From Azolla caroliniana (taxonomy: Eukaryota > Plantae > Polypodiophyta): a DNA stretch of 64,000 nt. A model generated the notes under the pieces. The model was not told the origin of the DNA, ran no database searches, and saw only the letters and a list, made by a program, of their open reading frames with translations. The stretch lies in assembly GCA_043228905.1 (NCBI GenBank), contig JBHGNT010000008.1:5518001-5582000 (forward strand). Reading direction: 5' to 3'. The number at the start of each line of letters is the position of its first letter. Within the stretch, counting starts at the first letter, position 1. Below, in pieces: positions 57,930 through 64,000 of the stretch. The translations under genes and the position numbers were made by a program.

Positions 57930-59844
57930 ATTACGTTCTATGATCGATACCATACATAAAGATTTGAAGACAAAAGTTTTTGCTCAAGCTACTCTAGATC
58001 AAATCGATCTGTCTCGAGTATCTTGTTCACGGTCACAACAACCAGGTATCGATTATCGACAATGCAAATGTCATGATGGTTTACTCTTCATTAAGAAACT
58101 TTTGTATGTTCCCAATGGTTCTTGTCGCCTTCGAATAGTACAAAATCGTCATGACACATACACAGCTAGACATTTTGGTAGTACTAAAACGTTGGATTTA
58201 GTACAATGATGATTTTGGTGGCCTCATATGCGAAGATTTGTCGAAGACTATATTTGAAGATTTGATACATGTTGTAGAGCGAAGATGTTGCAACATCATC
58301 CATATGGTTTGTTGGAGCCATTACCGATCTCAAGCAAACCATGGCAATCTATTTCTCTCGATTTTATCACTAATCTCCCAGACTCAAGGGGCTTCAATGC
58401 AATCTTAACAATGGTAGATTGATATACTAAGATGGCACTAAAGAAATCACTAGTGAAGAAACCGTTGGAATTGTTATGCGTGAAGTATTTTGGCATCATG
58501 GTCTTCCCGACAGTATCATTAGTGATCATGGACCGCAATTCGTCTCTAAATTTTGGAAGCATCTCTTTAAAATGCTCAAGGTCACCTACAATCTCTCCTC
58601 TAGCTATCATCCCCAAATAGATGGACAAGTAGAACATACCAATCAAACACTGGAACAGTATCTTCGGTGTTTCCTAAGCTATCATAAAGATGATTGGGCA
58701 GATATTCCCCACTTTGCTCAATTTGCTTATAATAATTCTATCCACCCCTCTACTAGGGTTACACCATTCTATGCTTATATTGGCTATCATCCTCGCTGGT
58801 GTGTGTTAGAAACTCCTAAATTACCTACAAATCCTAGTGCAAAGGATCATTTGGAGCGGTTACGATGAATTCAGGCAGAAATATCTACCCACCTACATTG
58901 CGCCCAACAAACACAGAAGGGCTATGCGGATCATCATCGGCTTCCATCCTCTTTTAATATTGGAGATCGAGTATGGCTATTACGACAGCACATCAAGACT
59001 ACTCAACCGTGTGATAAACTGAATTATCGACAATTAGGCCCTTTCCGTATTAACGGAAAAATTAATGTTTACTTTTCGCCTTGATCTACCTCCGAAACTA
59101 CAGATACATCCGGTATTTCATAGTTCTCTCCTAGAACCGCAGGACAACACTATCGCAGATCATATTACACCACCTCCACCCCCAATCGAACTTGAAGATG
59201 GAGTTGAGTACAAGGTTGCTGCCATCCTCGACTCCAAGATTGTTCGCAACAAGCTCTATTTTTTGGTCGATTGGCTAGGATATAGTCCAAGCGAGCGTAC
59301 TTGGGAACTAGTGACGAATTTGGTGAATGTTCGAGCTCTTCTTGAAGACTTCCATCGTCAATAACCGAACAAACCAGGTCCTCAATCAAAGACGACTCGT
59401 AACACTCGTCGTTTAAAGGGGGGGATAGTGTCACGATATGCCATGGTATGGCTCCAAAAGGATTTGAACCCATGAGCTTGTGTAATATAAAAAATATTAC
59501 TTTCATTTATTATTTCACCATAGGAAATTCATGTATATTCCATATTACTCTGGAACATTCTAGAAACTTCAGGAGTATTCCTGAGAGTACTATAAATAGA
59601 GGCACATGGCATTATTCAGAACCAATTCGGTTCAACGCCAGTCTTAAGCCTCCAAGTTATTCTTGTATCTTTCTTCATATAATATACTTCTTGTTGTCAT
59701 CATTCTCTCTCTACTCTCTCTCGCTCTCGCTCTCTCTTCCCCTCTTGTGATTCTCACACACTCTTTCCCTTCTTAGTACTAATCCTCATTATTCTCCTCT
59801 ATCTTTAGTACTAATTCTCCTTGCCTCTAGTACTATCCTTTACA
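57930..59844 (+). mobile_element. 3' half of the Tcn1-like chromovirus: integrase, chromodomain, PPT and 3' LTR (59429-59844)
   Basis: HGLPDSIISDHGPQF; IHPVFHSSLL; EYKVAAILDSK..YFLVDWLGYSPSERTWE; PPT AAAGGGGGGGATAG; flanked by ACAAG at 59845-59849. Confidence 0.92.
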
Positions 59845-61626
59845 ACAAGTGCATACTGCATCCTATAGGGTGGAGCTATGGTGATGTAATAGATTAATAG
59901 AATCCTTGAGAAAACCCATTTGTACATGGTAAATGCAACAACATGTGCATTGATCCTTTAAGCATCTCACAAATAATGGTTTAAGAGACTCGAATGCTCG
60001 TAGTTGAACTTGGATTTTTGGATGCATTCGCTTGAACCTAATAAATAAATCTACCTACGGAATAAGAAGATAATCCAGTCAATTATGCTTAGCAATTGAT
60101 ATCGCCAAATGGTTATGTAGTTAATTCGCAAACATAGCTATCTAGAACTGACTAAAAGCAGTTGTAGCTAATTAGCTATGATCATATTCTAATGTAGCTA
60201 ATTAGCTTTCGCCAGTAGGTAGTTAGCTATTCCCAAACGGTTATGTAGTTAAGTAGCAGTTAAAGTTATCTAGAACTAACTAAAAGAAGTTGTAGCTAAT
60301 TAGCTATGATCATATTCTGATGTAGCTAATTAGTTGTGGCCAGTAGCTAATTAGCTTTCGCCAGTAGCTAGTTAGCTATTGCCAAACGGTTATGTAGTTA
60401 AGTAGCAGTTATAGCTATCTAGAACTGACTAAAAGCGGTTGTAGCTAATTAGCTATGATCATATTCTGATGTAGCTAATTAACTTTCACTAGTAGCTCAT
60501 ATTTTGACATAACTAATTAGCTATGGTCACTTTTATATGGTCATAGCTAATTAGCTTTGTCCAATAGCTAGTTGATATCGCTAATTAGCTTCTATTTTTA
60601 GTTGTTCTAGCTATTTAGCTAAGTCTGCTAGCTGTTGTAGCTATTTACCTAAGGCCCCTACCTATTGTTGCTAACTAGCTATGCCCCTACCTTATGTAGC
60701 TAAGTAAGTGGCATCAATACCGTATGTCTCTAATTAGCTATGGCTGATACCTAATGTAGCTATTTACCTGATTAGCCTTGAGTACGACTGAATGTAGCTA
60801 ATCAGTTATGTCCTAATGTAGATAGAAGCTCATGCCACTAGTTATTGTAGCTAATTACCTAGTGATTGTAATCTATAGAAACATGTTCTACTATAGTGCA
60901 TACACTTGTGACAATAAGCTTAATAATCAAAACAGAAGATGAAATCAATGTAAATACTTGAGGTACATCAAGAAGATGAATGGGATGCTCCTCATATTGA
61001 TTCCTTCCAAAACGTTTCCTACACAAATCCTTCTTATTGGGTGAAACCCTACTCTCATTAGTCCAAAATATGGTGATTATATCCTTGATTTCTGATGTTA
61101 TGGGTGTTATTGGCTTACATCTTGTGGTTAGCTTTAGCAGACTACTTCCTTTACCCCCTGAAATTAACCGGTTCATTGTATTGTACACACTTTCTCTACT
61201 AACACCAATTACCTTGGAGAGCATACTAATGTTAAGATCGTCAACATCACTATTAAGTAACATCATTAGACTAGAACTTTTAAAGATAATATCATCTTCT
61301 AACTTGCTCATGTTGACTAAACTATTACGAAGATTATTTACTAGTACAGATGTTAGGTTTCCATTGAGACCATCAAAATCAACTAATTCTTTTATCGTTG
61401 GATCATTTAATATTCCATTAAATATCGCCTTCTTGTCTTCATTGGTGATGTGCTTGGTTAGAACATTGAAATAATCTACATCCTTTCTCTCTATTATAGT
61501 AGTCTCATTACTTCCATTCTCAATGATATTCAGATCTACATCACAACCAATACTATCCTTACCTTTAGTTGATGTTTCTTTCTTATCCTTTAACATTTGA
61601 TGATGTTTCCGTTTTTTCTTTCCCAA
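59845..61626 (-). pseudogene. N-terminal exons of the Sola2-like transposase: 60958-61626 and 59845-60054; phase-0 intron 60055-60957
   Basis: FWTNESRVSPNKKDLCRKR..EEHPIHLLDVPQ|VDLFIRFKRMHPKI..FESLKPLFV..TCCCIYHV; GT at 60957 and AG at 60055; true start uncertain. Confidence 0.72.
60090..60860. repeat. TAGCTA-rich palindromic minisatellite filling the transposase intron
   Basis: Repeated TAGCTAATTAGCTA palindromes; ~130-150-bp higher-order units starting at ~60103, ~60231 and ~60381. Confidence 0.85.
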
Positions 61627-62019
61627 TACTTTCGTATCACTTGTTGTGTACTAATAACCAAATCCCTATCCTGATGATTCATGAGGTTTGTTGATAAACA
61701 CCCTCCTTTCCCTTCCATCTGGCTTGATATCTTCATTGGTAAATTGAAAAAAAAAGAGACGTAAATGACTATACCACATGCAAACTGGTTATTGACATGA
61801 GTGATCCCACCATTTGCCATAGCACACAGTGCCGGTAATTGATTGCTTGTCGCGGCGGAGTGAACGCTACTAAGAAGTTGACGATTGCAATTGCCGTCAA
61901 GAACAGTGGTGGCAAGTGTGCAAGTGTGGTGGCGGTGATGACTATCTGCCACAACAATACAGAAGATTAATCCGCAATACACAAAATTATACACAACAAA
62001 CGAAGATGTAGATGCAATG

Positions 62020-62520
62020 GCTAGCTAGCAATAGAGGAGCGAACTATGGCGGCAAGTGTTCGAAAGTGGCAGTTTTAGAAGCTACAAGTGGCTAACAACA
62101 ATACCGACACCCAATGCAAGTAAAATCACCAGCAAACTGTGTAGCAAACTGTGGCAACAATTGAGGTGCGAATAGTGGTGGAAATGGAGGAGTGAACAAT
62201 GGCAACAATCGAGGAGTGATCACTTGCGGGCACAAGAGAACTGAACAGTGGCGGCAACTGAGGGTACTATGCCAGCAATGGAGGAGTGAACTCAGTCGGA
62301 GCGAACAATAGTAGCAATCGAGGAGCGAACAGTTGCAGGCACAAGAGGACCGAACAGTGGTAGCAACTAAGCGTACAATGGCAGCAATGGAGGAGCTAAC
62401 TCAGTCAGAGCGAATAGTGGCAGCATTCGAGGACCAAACAATGGCGGCAACTGAGCAATGGTAGCAATGGAGGAGCGAATTCAATCGAAGTGAACAGTGA
62501 TAGCATTCGAGCTTGAATAG
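62020..62520. repeat. Degenerate short repeats (gaggagcgaac...ggcagcaat) upstream of the transposase
   Basis: Multiple imperfect copies of GAGGAG(C/T)GAAC and GGCA(A/G)CAAT. Confidence 0.6.
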
Positions 62521-63419
62521 TCACAAAATGGTGGCCAACGTTATGTGGTAATGGATCATGCATAATGAACCAGGTCCTAGGAATTTGGTATATAATTAAT
62601 ATTTCAAACCAGTCTAAATTTGTTTCCATTTATGGTGCTCATTTATATAATTAAAACATTCTAGTGTTTCCATTTATGGTGCCAAACAACTAAGTCACTA
62701 GTAGCTTTTGGCATAGCCAAATACCTATGTCAAGAACACATCTAATTGTTCCCTTGCCCATGATTTCACCCTATTACTAGGTTTAAACCCTTTGTCATTA
62801 CATTTTTGAGCTTTCTAATTTCTCAACAATTTTCTTTTTTAAAATTACAATAGTTTCTTTCATAGTGTTATTGTTTTTCCAAACAAAAGGTAGTTGAAAA
62901 TGGTGGTAGGCAAAAGTTGAATATAACTTCTAACTATTGTAATTAAGATGGATGTATCACGACGCACAATAAATTGGGCACTTAATTACATTACTGAGAA
63001 AATCATTCAAAACATTAATAGAAAACATTAGTAGAAAGTTTTATCAAAAATCATTCAAAACAAGAAATTGGGCATTCAATTAGATGATCTAGGTCCTTCT
63101 CAATATACTATGATGGTTCTGTTGTTTCGTTATTCAAGTATCCCCAATGGGCAATAGGATCAATTACTTTCTCCTACTAATGAAGAAAAAATCCGATCTT
63201 CTATAACCACGATGAATAAACAAATTATCCACTATGTGATGCTAGTATATATTATCCTTATCAAATCTATAAAAAAACAGATGTAATTTCTTTGATTCTT
63301 GTTACTATCTCAACAATTTACTACACCACAAACAAGCTTTAGTTAGGAAAAAAGTATTATGGATAACATCTTTTTCTTTTGGGAGGGTATTGCCTTCACT
63401 TCCAATAGATCAGAGGCCT

Positions 63420-64000
63420 TAGCTATTTTGCCATTAGACTTAAAAAAATTCAATGAGTGAGATTATTGGGATTTTCTTCATGGTACTCATCTAAGACTAG
63501 GTTTTTCCTAAGAAATGGGTGGTAGGAGAGTCATCATTTTAGACAACAACAAACAATTCAATCTTGTTGGGAAGGGGTTAAAGGTGATGTAATTCAAATT
63601 TCCCAATGTGTACGAAAAAGTTGTTCATTAGCACCCGATGTACTCCTATTTTCTGTTGAAGTCGAGTTTGTTTTTGGCTTGAAAGGAATAGTTATGCCCC
63701 TTGATGCAAAAAATGTAGTGGATGCGGAATATGTTGATGTTATAGAAATGTATATAGATGGTCATCAGCTTAGGAATCTACAAGAAACGTACACTTCCTT
63801 ACAAATATTATGTACATCTTCTGGCATATCAATTAATTGGAATAAATCGAGTGGTCTTTGGGTAGCATCCGACGCTTCTCCACGTCCTAATTTCAAATGG
63901 ATTCCTGATCAAGCTATGGAAGTTTAGATATATCAGATGCCAAGTAGGATCCAATATTCACAATTTAGGTTTCCCCACATCTTGATTTCAAATGGATTCT
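63420..64000 (+). mobile_element. Decayed L1-type LINE reverse transcriptase fragment
   Basis: WDFL...RLGF..KWV; DAEYVDV (degenerate FADD); GISINWNKS..LW; frameshifted. Confidence 0.7.

Overview
This is plant nuclear DNA, probably from a non-seed land plant judging by its transposon lineages. It is almost entirely a nested transposon cluster next to one host gene, of which only the first exon of a gamma-glutamyl peptidase / class I glutamine amidotransferase is present (397-777, minus). Two LTR retrotransposons look intact and young: a compact Copia (2569-8015) and a 9.8-kb non-chromoviral Gypsy (44952-54774) with an extra ~900-aa non-env ORF. Also present are an RT-deleted chromovirus (11774-18048), a tRNA-Trp-primed Gypsy with an apparent 4-bp TSD, a -1 frameshift after the protease and tRNA-like cassettes in its LTRs (26378-34479), and several decayed Copias. 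The remainder includes a 2.86-kb hAT with an 8-bp TSD, a spliced Sola2-like transposase, a LINE remnant, and a Tcn1/sushi-like chromovirus with a Tf1-style self-priming signal. That chromovirus and the transposase it interrupts are split by a ~16-kb inversion, supported by a matching TSD. Several TE families are enriched in CCGG. All counts and alignments were done by eye, and lineage names come from recalled motifs, not searches.
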